Positions 52,220-64,000 of a stretch of DNA of 64,000 nt are shown here, piece after piece (within the stretch, counting starts at the first letter, position 1; every line of letters starts with the position of its first letter). The stretch lies in contig JAQGDQ010000177.1 in NCBI GenBank assembly GCA_030141605.1, positions 372,001 to 436,000 of the forward strand. The letters are read 5' to 3'. The position numbers were made by a program, and so were the translations under genes. The stretch is from Tubiluchus corallicola (lineage: Eukaryota; Animalia; Priapulida). Under the pieces are notes generated by a model, which was not told the DNA's origin, did no database searches, and was given only the letters and a program-made list of their open reading frames with translations.

Positions 52220-53469
52220 ATCGCCATTAATTCATATTTATTTTTTGTATCTACTGTTTCATATAGGCCTAAATATATGTAGGGCCTAGTCAGCAGCTAA
52301 TGCCATTGTTAAAACATTTCTGCAAAAAAACGAGCCACGTGGGACGAATTAGTAATTGCAATAAGTTACGTACAGTTGTTTGTAGGAATTACTGTGTATC
52401 ATTAAGCATTCCACCTTTTTCGCATTGTTACTGACTGATTAAAACTCATAGTCTGCACATAGCGATTTTATTATAGACATGATTTGTTTTAGTTATTGGC
52501 TTATAGCCTGTATGTCCAAGTCCTATGCGTACATGAGAAATGTTATTAATCCTGGCTTTTCACTCATTGTATGGTTATATGCTTGTGATAAAATTTGTTC
52601 TAAATAAACGACTTTTGATTAATTAATTACCAAGTAAGTATTTAGTGAATATTTTTGAAAGTTTTGTCATACTATAGTATATGCAGCATAACAATGTGAA
52701 AAAATAATAGTTAAAGAATAAGACATTGTCTCAGAACATAAAAAATAGAAACAATCAATTTCGAAAATGCTTTGTGCAAAATAATAAAATCTTGAATTCA
52801 CTAAAATATTATACAATTCATTTCGTAGCCTAAAGCTTGCGTTCCCATGAAAAAAAGATTTGTAACATCGTTTATCAGACAATTCATGAATATTGATATT
52901 ATCAGAGATCAATATTTCCTTGATTTTGACAAGCATCAGGTGCAATTTGTAGGCAACTGTAGCTTACAAACTAGAATAAAGAAGCAAACACGTTGGCCAA
53001 TGATCTATATTGGCCATTACTGAGCTTCTGCTGAATCCATGAAGTAGTTTATTCATCATGTGTTTTTTACCAGAAAGGCCCCTGTCTGTTTTCAATCCAT
53101 TTTTGTAGGTGAGAGTTAGGCTAATATCGCCACGGCTTTGCAAACATTCTTTAATTGCAGAAATCGTCGGTCAGTCTAATCCAGAAGTAAGATAATCAGA
53201 AACTGGGAAACTTCAGGCAAGTCAGTGTGTCATTCAGGATGTAGTTTAGATGATCGATCATATAATTAAATCAACGTATTGAACGAGTTGGACATATCAG
53301 ATGAAGAGACGAAATAAGATCAGATTAATGTGTGCAGGAGCGCTTGCTTGGGGTGCGTGCGTGCCTGTCTAATGGTGTGCATTTTTTGCATCAACGGAGA
53401 AACAATTTCGGTAGGTAGGTCAATCAGTCAATTAGTATTTAAAACAAAGTATATATTTAGTTATTGGAG

Positions 53470-53494
53470 TCAGAGAGAGAAAAGAAAGCGACAG

Positions 53495-53551
<57 letters not shown>

Positions 53552-53600
53552 GAGAGGGGGAGAGAGAGAGAGAGAAAGGGAGAGAGAGACAGAGAGTGAG
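53470..53600. repeat. (GA)n microsatellite
   Basis: Directly visible. Confidence 0.95.
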
Positions 53601-54029
53601 GGGGGGAGTATGAGAGGAAAAAGGAAGGCGAAAGAGTGGGGAAGGAAAGACGGAGAGATAAAGTGTACTATAAGTGGATCGTTTTTCATCATTCTGATCA
53701 GTTTAAATTTTCATGTTGTACACAGCCATAGTACTATGCTACCGGCTAAAATAAGCCTCTGATTCTTTGATCTCTGAATCGAAATCGAATCGGAGTGCTA
53801 CTCCTTACAGCCATTATCCGCCGAAGATTCTAGAAGGGAATGAGATCAGACAGCATTATGTTGCAAGTCTAATCTTGCAAAACTTGATTGCTTTGCTTGG
53901 AAAATCAGAAATTTATTAAGTTTCGGCATCTGGGATTGAGGAACGGAGAAGATAAATAGAAATCGGACATAATATAGTAGGAATTGGCATAATTGGAAAC
54001 CTTCAATCAGTTCAAGGGGGTTTCTGACT

Positions 54030-54200
54030 CAAGGGAAAGTGGACACTACGCATGCGCTTATAATTATATCGATTTTTACGATCCCAAACGACTTTTGTTC
54101 GACAGTATTTACATATGGGATTGAGGGTTCATTGTTATGCAACCCATGGTTAAAACTACAACTTTCTAAGAACTACTTTGACTCAGTTAAGGCTAGAAAA
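54030..54200 (+). mobile_element. Eroded CR1-type RT fragment
   Basis: Across frames reads YIDF..PKRLL / FTYGIEGSLLCNPWLK, cf. YLDF..AFD...RLL.KL..YGI.G.LL.WI. Confidence 0.45.
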
Positions 54201-55673
54201 TCTAAATAAAAATATTCAAGGTCGTTTAATATAGGTCACCTGCTCACAAATTTATACATGGGGAAAATGTGTTAATTCGTGAATATGACTCTAATCTTTC
54301 AACACTTAACAGGTTGTTACGACTTTTCGCGCCTGCTAATGTCAAGTGTTTTAAAGTTCAGAGGCTGTAACACTTACCAGCCGTAAATTTAACGTGTCAT
54401 ACTAACAGCAGAAGTTCCTAGGCGTTAAGGTGTTGTTATTAAAATTATCATAAACACATGTATAAGAAGATGATTAGCGCCTAAATTATTTAGCTTTGTC
54501 AAAGGTCACGTGTTAGTCAAGACCAGTAGCTTCGCGTATTATCTTTAAAAACGGGAGTAAAACAACAAAGTTTATACCATGTGCTTTTTGTTACAAAAAA
54601 AGAAAGAATAAGTCGCTTATCGCCTACAGGGCTTCCAGAAAAGTCTGATCATTATGATAAATGCGATTTAGTACATTTTCTGAATCATGATTTTCACTCG
54701 TCAGACCTACCAACATACGGAGAACTGTTTTCTGTTCTGTTTTGTGAGCGATGGCGATTATGGTTCGCAGCAATAACTCTTACTAATATTAATCTTTTTA
54801 TGGTTTTGACATACATATTTATTAAGCGCGGGTGACAAACACAGTCTTTACGCTGCACGTGCGACTGCAATGTAGCATGCTGCTGCCATCTATTGGCGGC
54901 TCTCTGATTTTTATTCTTCAAACGTAGTTGCCATTAACTCAAAAAGGCAAAATTATACACGTAACGCTGTAGCCTGTTTAGTTACTGCCTTAGTACTTTA
55001 CTTTTAACTTTTTAATTTTTTGCCATTTCCAGAAGAAAAACATTGTCAAAAGTTGTGCATGCTATTTCTTCATTTCTCTCTGCTAACGATAGGTTTTTTA
55101 TTTAAAACGAACAAGAAAATTTTGTCCGATTTTGCAATTTCCTAATAATAATGTGAAACTTATAGTAATAATTATAAAAAGTTGTGTGTATCTGTGTGCG
55201 TGTGTGTTCGTGTGATGTACACGTAATGTGTAATATAATGAATACTCTATGGTTTTGGACAGAACAATGACAACTAAAAGGGGAAGGAAAATACTTTTAA
55301 CTTCATCCTCTCCTTTTCTTGAATTCTTGTATTGTTTTATATGTATGTATAATGTATTTTATACTAATGTGTGCAAAGTTTACGTGTAATATGTAATGGT
55401 TTTTAACTCATTGAAAACATAAATGATTTTACAAATTTAATTTATGTGTATGTGTGACTATGTAAATGTAAAGATATTTTTAAAAAATTGGGATAGACCC
55501 AACCACCTACCCGATAAACATAAAATATTTGATTTAGAATTTAGTAATCACCTTGCAGTTAGACAGCCCAGACTATAATAAAGCACAGTCTTCCCATAAT
55601 TATCATTTTTACACAAAAAATGCACAACGTTATGAAAAAAATTCATTTGCAGTACACGTGAGATAAATATCGC

Positions 55674-55810
55674 CATCATTATCATCACGTGCCCATCATG
55701 TCTGTTGTAGACACTGGGCAGGCAGAATTCGAAAATAAAAGAAATCTGCCCTCAAGTAGGTAAACAAAGCAGTAATCCAGCAAAAAAACTAGAGCTTCAG
55801 CTGTGCCAGT
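55674..55810 (-). mobile_element. Family S repeat, copy 3
   Basis: Reverse complement aligns with 20640-20775. Confidence 0.7.
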
Positions 55811-56184
55811 TTATGATTATGCTGCTTCGATATAGATTTTTAGACACCTTGGAAACTTGTCGCTGCTGCCATCTTATGGACGAAAGTCGCACTACTCAAG
55901 CCACACACTAAAATCCACCAAGCAACACCAAACAGTTAACAGCTGTACAGTTGGGACGCGTTAACATTAAGTTGTGCGCGTTGTAGTGAATGAATACGTG
56001 TGCAGAGTGGTTGGGCCGTTGATACTAAAACGGTTAGGATATGAAAGTTAATCATGTTTTCATAGAGGCGACGCGATGATTTCGATTAAAACAAGTGGAT
56101 TTCAGCGCTAGTGTTTGTGGATTACAGAGAACTGGATTACTTTTGTTTCAACAGGATTTCTGGATTAATTCGATTATTCCCAAA

Positions 56185-56227
56185 ATGGATAACGTATCTC
56201 GTGTTGAAGGCTGGCTGCAAATGACAG
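56185..56227 (+). CDS. Candidate first coding exon of a downstream gene (MDNVSRVEGWLQMT; PH-domain beta1-like)
   Basis: CAAA-ATG-G start context, donor G|GTAAGA at 56227/56228, possible acceptor TTTTGTTTCAACAG ending 56154; EGWL is typical of PH-domain first strands. Confidence 0.5.
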
Positions 56228-59200
56228 GTAAGAATGCTCACTTGAAATGATATTTCCCAAAAATTTCAGCAGGTTGTTTATAGTCTGAACTTTTTATTGA
56301 TTAAATTATTCAGTTGAGCTGTGATTCTATTAAAATGTAAGGATTAGCTAGCGCGTTTTCACTTTTTAAACATTGGAACTCTTTTACTACACTGAGTTTT
56401 AAAGTGAATTTTAGCTGTTCACATTTCATAATTGAGTATAATATGTAATTGCGTAATTGTCTTCCTGTCTTGAAAACTAAACATAGTCATTATCCATTGA
56501 TCGGATGTTCGATTAATACAATTTTAAAATGAATTTTGACTTCATTACTTCATTTTCTTTGCACTTGCTTTCTACAGGCAGTGGCTTATTAAACCTTCTG
56601 GTCAAACAAACATTATAAAAGGTAAAAAATAAGATTATAAGCAGATGTGTGTAAACTAATCAGCCCCAGACTAATGTTAACTATTTTTCCGACTTACCAT
56701 CTTTCTTTGTCAAGTTAAGTAACTCAGTTTAATGACGAAGCTGAACAAGTTATTAATTTTCATAAGTGTGAGAAATCAGTATTTGTGAACCTACGATAAC
56801 AAACCTATTAACATAATCCAACATCTAATGGTATACAGTGTTAGTCGTTGCACTTTTAAATTATCACCTCTATTCTTGCTAAGTTACAGTTATTACCATC
56901 CAAAGCTTAGCTTATTTACAATTACTGCTACGCAAGCTTAATTACAGTTTTACAATGCAAAAAATTGCGATAATTTCTTGTAGGTGCAGTCCATTTTTTC
57001 TAAAACAGTTGCATAGAAACTGCAGGTATACTACCTGTTCAGGTAAACCTAATTGTTTTTGACAACTAGCTGTTTTTAAGAATGGACTAGTGGATCTATT
57101 AGCGTTTGTAGATCTTACCCCAAGCGAGTATAGTACAAGTTGAATGTCCCACGCACCTCTGTAAACTAAACCAGATATATTTGAGGAAATGATGTCACGG
57201 TTTATTGGTTTAGAGGTTAAGTCTTTGAAGTGCCGCCAGGTAGCCGCGTTGTTAGTTTGGTTAGTGGTTAGAAAATTGAAGCTGATGATAATAATTAGGA
57301 AGTCGCTAATGACGTCTAATTGTGGGCGTTGAGCAAAGAAAAATCGGCTTATCTTTCCTGCTTAACTTTGTAATAAAAACAATGGGAAAAAATTATTGAT
57401 TTTTGTAGGATTCGTAAGACCAGTTCCGTCAAAGTGCAACTTACGGAGAAAAACGAATAAACTTTTTGAAAGCTTGGCAATTTCATGAGACAAATGCTTT
57501 TGTGGAAAGAACTGACGGTCCAACCAGAATGTTCCAAAAGAACTAGTGTATTAATAAATTCTACAAACACTAACATTTGCAAAATTTTAATGCAAACAAC
57601 TATTTCATTCAAAAAATTTTTACGTATGGGCTTAACACCTGTAATGCCTATGCATTGTAAGAAGTAAATTATTAATTTACTGAAGGAAGTCCTATAATGT
57701 GTTAAGTTATATATTACGTTAAATGATAAATGTTAAACCAATGGGCAACGTAGTTGTTCAGAATGCAAAAAGATCAGAGTTCGAATCCAGCAGAGGAACA
57801 AAAATATCTAAGTTTTCATTTTTCTGCGTGTAGCACGTATGTGAAGTTAAGAATTAGCACTTATGTGGGTCAATCGTTTTAAGGTCAAAATTTAACTGGG
57901 AAAGAAAAATAATAGTCGATTGTTAGTACATGTACGCGAGTATTGGTTTTCGGCGCAGCTGAGAAAACACATGAGGTTAATGTGTCCACAGATTTTTATT
58001 CTGGTAGGTCTTTTATGCCCAGGCCAAATTTAACTTATAGGGTGTTTAATTTAATGATGACACTCTTTTTGGCTTGGTCATGGCATCGAGCGAAATCTCA
58101 AATAATGCTGTCTCGTAGCATATATAGTAATATTTAACACTAGATTTTACACCCTATGAATTTACAATGATTAAAAGCACAAGTATTAACAAAGTACCAT
58201 AACTTATTAATTTGATGAATTGCGTCTATAATGTGTTAAATTATATCTTAAATGATAAATGTAAACCAATATGTTAAATTTTATGCATTACGTGGACACG
58301 AATTCAGAAATGATTAAGTTAAGCGCTTTCCCTTTCATTAAACTTGACAATTATATTTTTAATGGGCAATCAGTTTAGATTTATGATATATATTAAACTG
58401 CCTTTAATTTGGTGTTTCTGCTGAGATTATACTCAGGATTATGATATTAGTATTGATAAACCATTCCCAAAATTTTAAACGTGATTACCCAACTAAAACC
58501 GGAAACGCATAAATTAGCAATTTTACATCAGTAGTTTATGTTCCTATTGGCCTGAAAATGGACTGAAGTATGGAAAATTTATGTGCAATTGGCTGCTTAT
58601 AATAAAGTTATGCTGTGAACGTCTTAATGTACTTATTACCTGCAAAATAATTAAGAAGGTGTGTTGTGGTCACCGACTACCTCGTATATTAGAAGGCCTT
58701 AAAATTAATTTCTAAACGAGTTCACAAATTACTCAAGTTGGCATTCGTAATTGGGCCATCTACTTTTTGGTTTGGGCGTGATTTCAAAGTGCATGTGAGC
58801 AATTCTCCTAGACAGTGGTGACATGCAAATTAATTAGTTTTGATATCGTCGACTTGATACTAGATTGTCCTTTATGTTTCTTACACAAACTGCAGCAGCT
58901 ATTTAGATTTGCAGAACTAGGCCTGTTATAGCCGTCTTGAATATATACCGTGAGAAGAGGCACTGGATGCTTGACCCTATTACCATCACGCGTAACTATG
59001 CAAATAATACAGCACTAATGTTGCACTTACGTTTAATTACAGTTTTCAGAGCATTAGCTGGCTTTAATTGCAAAAAGTAAAGTTGTTTAGATTGAGCCAT
59101 TTTCGCTTTTTGTCCGCGCGTTTTCACTTGCAAATCGCCGGGCTAGTTTTTAATGGCTTTCCTTCCCAGAGCTGGTAATTATCTATGGTTCGCTTTGTCT

Positions 59201-60559
59201 GATATCTGTGGTCAGCCACACGCAAGCTTTCAGAGTAACACGCGACGATTATCAACTTGGATTCTCGCTAAAAGTTTTACTTGCATAGACGCATTTCTGT
59301 GCTCGTTTTCAGCTTTTTTCTTTACCAGTTTTTCTTTACCAAATTCTTTTGAGGTGAATGTTTTCGCGAGGCTTTTCTTTTTAGCTCAGTTCCAGCTTGT
59401 TGATTATTACTACTTTTTTCTCTTTCTGCCGTTTCTCATTCCCAGACAAGATCAGTTCTGTCATGTACGGCCTACCTGTCTTAAAATGACTATTTTATAT
59501 ACAATTATTCACGGCAGTAATTTGATTAAACGTTTGAAACTGATTGGACAGAGACTGTAAAAACTGAGTTACATTCAACTGTGGCTTCAAACTTGTTTAA
59601 AACTACCGTATTTTACTAGATGAATTTGTGAACTACGTTCTACGTTCTATGATCTACTAATCTAAACTACTTGGAGGAAAGAATTTTAAAAATGCGAGAT
59701 TGGACGTTTTCACTGTTTTCAAGAGGCTCTGCATTTGTACCAGACCGCAATTTCGCCTTGTTCGTCTGGCAGTAAGGAGCAATTTTGGCGGATCAGACAT
59801 GGCTCTGTTCTGTTTGCGGTGCCTGTAATAGAGCACTTAAAAGTTTTACTGTGTTCTAAGCAGAATCGATGTTGGCGCCTTGGTGAGGATCAAATACGTT
59901 GTAAATTGGCTTAACAGCGTCAAAATTCGATTCATAAGCAATAAACTCGTTTTGAATAGACTCATACGCGGCGATTAAGTGGCACTATATGCGAGCGTGT
60001 TTTTTCTAAAGAGTTTTGACACATTGCATACTAGAATTCAGCACTAAACGAAAGAATTTACTGCAAACTGTTGATAGATGTGTCAGAACGTGAATTTGTT
60101 TCATTAATAAGGGCAATTCTTCAAACGGAGATGGTGTTTTAGCCATATTGTGACGCCGACACACCCTCACTCAAAGGGATAAATAACCAGGGAGAGTATC
60201 GCAAGTGAAACAGCATACAAGTGATTTGCTTAGCAGTCACTCATCAATTATTAACCAGGTTCGGCAGAGCTTAAATGATAAAGAAATACAGATAGCAGAA
60301 AAAATACTGACCCAGTCATTGGTAACCTGTGTGCGCAACTTGCTAAGGAGTGTTTTTTGCACTAAATTACAAAAAGGCTAAACTAGTTTTAATGTTTAGA
60401 GCTGTAATGGCCTTTAATTTTTTAGTTGAAAAGTGAAATTAGTAACTGTTGCTGCTATAAGTTTGGAAATTACTACCTATGTATAGCTGTTTGATGGGCG
60501 TTGGACATAGAATACAGTTGTCTTGCGTCTGTATTGCCAGACTTTGCCTTCATTGCTCT

Positions 60560-61210
60560 TTAACCGACTCAGTATGTCTTCTCAAGGCCCACCATTGTAC
60601 TTCATGGAAAACATACATGAACGAAACCAGTTAGCAACCACCACATAGTCGAAACCATACTTAACTCTTGCACCAGGAACATCTAATCAATGGCACTTGC
60701 CAAAACGTGTTTCCAATTACTCGAATGTTCTAAAATAAATTAATTCAAGTCATTGCACTCATTCGTGGAAATAAATAAACACCAGAATAATTGACATACT
60801 CAAAAGCACGCTGGGCCAGTTTGTGTTTATGTGAGAGTAAGGTGCCCCCTTCTTTATCCTTGCTCTGTCCTCCATTACCATGAAAACGTTGCCCTCTTCA
60901 CTCTCATTTCTCCGAGGTAATGCCTATTATATTTGGTAGTTATGGCTTTATTATGAAATTCTTGCATAAACAGCTCTTGTGGGGTTGCAGGTCTGCCTAC
61001 ACTTGTGTTCATGCGCACTGCTTTATTAATTATTTAGACGAGCATAAGTAGGCCAAAAGTCATAATATATTCCTTTCATTGACTTTGATGTTATGGTGTT
61101 TACTGTATGGTGGATTGGTGCTTAACCTTGAACTATGCTTTAAACCTATTGTCTGCTGGCACCACCGATGAAGAGCATAGAACTACGAAAACGTTACGTC
61201 TGCGAGGATA
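60560..61210 (+). mobile_element. Eroded Penelope-like element 3' region (GIY-YIG remnant plus hammerhead-like motif)
   Basis: CTSWKTYMNETS*Q (cf. C..C.K.YIGETSR) near 60596-60640, FQLLE...VEINKH near 60710-60785, and CCGATGAAGAG...CTACGAAAACGTT at ~61165-61195. Confidence 0.45.
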
Positions 61211-61424
61211 AAGTTTTTGCAGTAATTTAGTACTAGTAGATTTGCTTTAAGCCTGTAACGTGTAATTATAGCGAAAAGTTAAAGATTGTAAAATCTTAGA
61301 AATTCCTACGGTACGTACTTTACCATAGCGCAAAGATTTGCATTTAGCATTGCAGCACGTTTTTGTAGTGATGCAGTGATGCTTATAACCGAGCAGACTT
61401 TAATACAGTCCAGTTTCAACTTTT

Positions 61425-61534
61425 GTAATAATTATTTCACGTAAGTCAGTTTTGAAAAATTAGTGCGTTCCCTTTCAATATTATGGTAGATTGTTTTGAG
61501 TTATGTTTTAAGATTGGGCCCTGTTTTCTTTTAA
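61425..61534 (+). mobile_element. Family C MITE right end
   Basis: Matches 22062-22173 and ends CCTGTTTTCTT-TTAA, the inverse of the family C left TIR. Confidence 0.7.
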
Positions 61535-62150
61535 TTGATTTTGTAACCTTCCAGCGAATTTCATTTACGTTTCCTAGAGTAGAAATGTATTACAGTACGT
61601 ATAAACTTCCTTAGAGCTAAATGTTGGATCATTAATATCTGTTTAGAATCGATCTGTTAGAATCACCCTTCTAATACAGGTGTGTCTTGTGTACATCCTT
61701 TAGTAACAGCTGGTACTGTATTCACTAATCCAAGGGTCAATTCTTTGATGGGCAGTGGTCAGTCCCGGTAAACACATTAATGTGTGTATAAGAGAGTCAT
61801 GTGATCAGAGGTGGGGTAGTGTTACTTAGCTCTCTTAACCTTCTTCCTGCTAGTTAAACATTGAACGTTTACCTATACTTATAAGCAACATTGTATAAAT
61901 TAAACTCTTTGTTCACTTTTTGTTTTCTTTAAAGTTTTAAAACTTGGGGAGGCTGAATTGAACAATGCTGCTATTCAAGTATGTGTGATGTCATTTATTG
62001 CCATTTATTTAGGGTGTGGTTGTATGGGACGAAGTGTGTATTTTGCAGCAGTCTTCAAATGATAGATATTAAAATGATTTTGAAGATGACTCATTTAACA
62101 AAAGGTCGTACACAATTAACACACGTACATGTATACATTATATAAAGTAA

Positions 62151-62262
62151 TGGCGCTTTCAGACGTAGAGATTTCTCTCGCAACTTGTTGCAACATGTGA
62201 ACGGCTTGGCAACTTCTCTCAGAGAGTAACTGCGAGAAAAGTCTCTACATCTGAAGGCGCCA
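62151..62262. mobile_element. PIF/Harbinger (Tourist-like) MITE, 112 bp, TAA TSD
   Basis: 32-bp TIRs TGGCGCTTTCAGACGTAGAGATTTCTCTCGCA / TGCGAGAAAAGTCTCTACATCTGAAGGCGCCA, with TAA on both sides. Confidence 0.8.
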
Positions 62263-62654
62263 TAAGGTTGAAAACAATGAAAAACGGGCTAATAACCGCT
62301 ATTGTTTTTTAATATTTATAATGTATGTGCAGATATTAATACTGATATGAAATTTTGCTATAATTTAGAAGTCGAACAGTTTCGAAATCCATTTAATTTT
62401 TATAGCAAACCAACAAAACTAAAGTATTTGCACTTTGCAGCGAATAGTGCCACAGGGCTTGACATTGCTCGTTATAAACATATCAGTTTTTGTTAGTTTA
62501 TTGTAAAAATGAGTTTATTTTGGAAATGGGGTCAATATTAACAGAATTATAGGAAAATTTCATGGTTGTGATTTTGTTGATGTTGTTACATTGAGATTAG
62601 TGTGTTACTAGCTTTTTTAAAATTGATTCAAAATCCTCTGTTCTACTTTGCAAT

Positions 62655-62947
62655 TACCAGTAGATAGTTAATTAGGCAACATACAATATTGTAACCATAC
62701 CTTGTCTGGATCTTGACAAAAATATGTTCAGAAAATATTGTCACCATGCTGGTACAATATAGGATATTTTTGGCCAACATTGATACAACATTGGACCAAC
62801 ATTGGCGTACAATATTAGAAACGCGCGGTTTACACATAATTGATAGAAATATTGGTACAGTATTGTGACAAGTCCACATTTCCATGTGGTATCCATATTT
62901 GCAAAAATATTGTGACAACATTTGTACATATTGTAGTGCTTCCTGGG
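62655..62947. mobile_element. Possible CMC/EnSpm-type non-autonomous element with ACAATATTGT/AACATT sub-repeats
   Basis: CCAG...CTGGG ends and many short palindromic AATATT/AACATT units. Confidence 0.35.
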
Positions 62948-63471
62948 ATAATGCGATGAAAAGGTGTATATTATTTGTACATTTTTTTATTTTCATGATT
63001 ATGTAGTAATTTGTCGTCCAGTCAAAATAAATACAGAAAAACAAGCCCCGAAAATTCCAAGTTGCAACACCATAAATTATACAAGCTGAGAACTAGTGCA
63101 AAATCATTGTTTAGTGCTGGCAAAACTGACGTTGCCAGAGGTGCATTCAACTTGGAGAAGTCGCTCAGTATGTGCGTTCTACGCTTATGCCTAGGGATAT
63201 TTTTAACTACCGTGGTGCATGTAAACACCTATGCAAGCATCACAGTTGCACGAACTGCCATGCTAGTTTATATGATTCATTGTCAAAAATAGATTTGTTA
63301 TGACTGTCATGCAAAAAATGTAGTAAAAAGTAAAACGTATATAGAAATCTGGAATAATAAATAGGTCTAATCGTTTTATTATTGGTTTAATTAGACACTA
63401 TACATAAAATTTTATTAATTTTAGCTTATGCGCAATAGAATCCATTTGGTTTGCTCGTACGCTACATCTAT

Positions 63472-63600
63472 TCACCATTCATTACTATAACCAGGAAATA
63501 ATAAAGGGCCCAGGGCTCTGCCTTGTTGTGCACCGGTGCCTATACACACAGCTGACAGTATCACAGAGCTCTTTAGCAGGGCTGCGGCACGTGTTGGCTC
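63472..63600 (-). mobile_element. Eroded CR1/L2 RT fragment
   Basis: GTGAQQGRALGPLLFPGYSNE is a degenerate version of SGVPQGSVLGPLLF.IYIND. Confidence 0.6.
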
Positions 63601-64000
63601 TGCTTTAACACAATAGGCTAGCTGACTGTAAATCACGGCTACAGTCAGAATAGCGTGGGTTATTATTAAACGATGGACAAAGAAACTCGGAAACATGGAA
63701 ATAAATTAATGCGTGTGCATGCATAATGATGATTTACAGGCAGATTCAGGAAGCAACGGCGCAGCTGTAACAAGAAAGGATTAGTGTAGGTCGGCCATAC
63801 ATGTACTACATGCATACTTGGACAAATATACCGCAGTTCAAACGTAGTACATAATTTTGAAACAAAGTTGGACAACTACGCCTGTATATTTTACGTTGCG
63901 AGTTAGAAGCACGAACTTTTGTTTGGTCTGGAGCATTTGTTTGCTTTATCTTTTACTGCTCATTTTTAGTGCCAAAGTTTTTGGAGGAATTGACAATGCA

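Noticed and set aside
60570-60690. Minus-strand DYVVVANWFRSC read as a LINE endonuclease remnant
   Set aside because: The plus-strand GIY-YIG-like reading with a downstream hammerhead-like motif explains the region better.

Overview
AT-rich (roughly one-third GC by eye), repeat-dense, intron-rich animal genomic DNA. It looks invertebrate, and the trinucleotide microsatellite load and TE types are compatible with a lophotrochozoan such as an annelid, but the species cannot be determined from this window. The only intact protein-coding sequence is an intronless 548-aa biogenic-amine GPCR (49689-51335, +), most similar to 5-HT1-type serotonin receptors. It has a splice acceptor just upstream, a candidate non-coding first exon about 43 kb away (6310-6732) and a polyA signal at about 52156. 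A probable first coding exon of a downstream gene (PH-domain-like start) lies at 56155-56227. The rest is transposon debris: a 1.9-kb 5'-truncated RTE LINE with a 7-bp TSD and its catalytic FADD/YADD motif deleted; RTE, CR1/L2, Proto2-like and Penelope fragments; hAT, Harbinger and TTAA-type MITEs; tRNA- and 5S-related SINEs; and many compound microsatellites. The most notable observations are a twister-ribozyme-like sequence heading a ~200-nt two-hairpin mini-element (43414-43620, -), several degenerate Penelope-type hammerheads, a 115-bp-arm foldback with a template-switch signature upstream of the receptor exon, and a CTCF-like/E-box minisatellite. All alignments were made by eye and boundaries of degenerate repeats are approximate.
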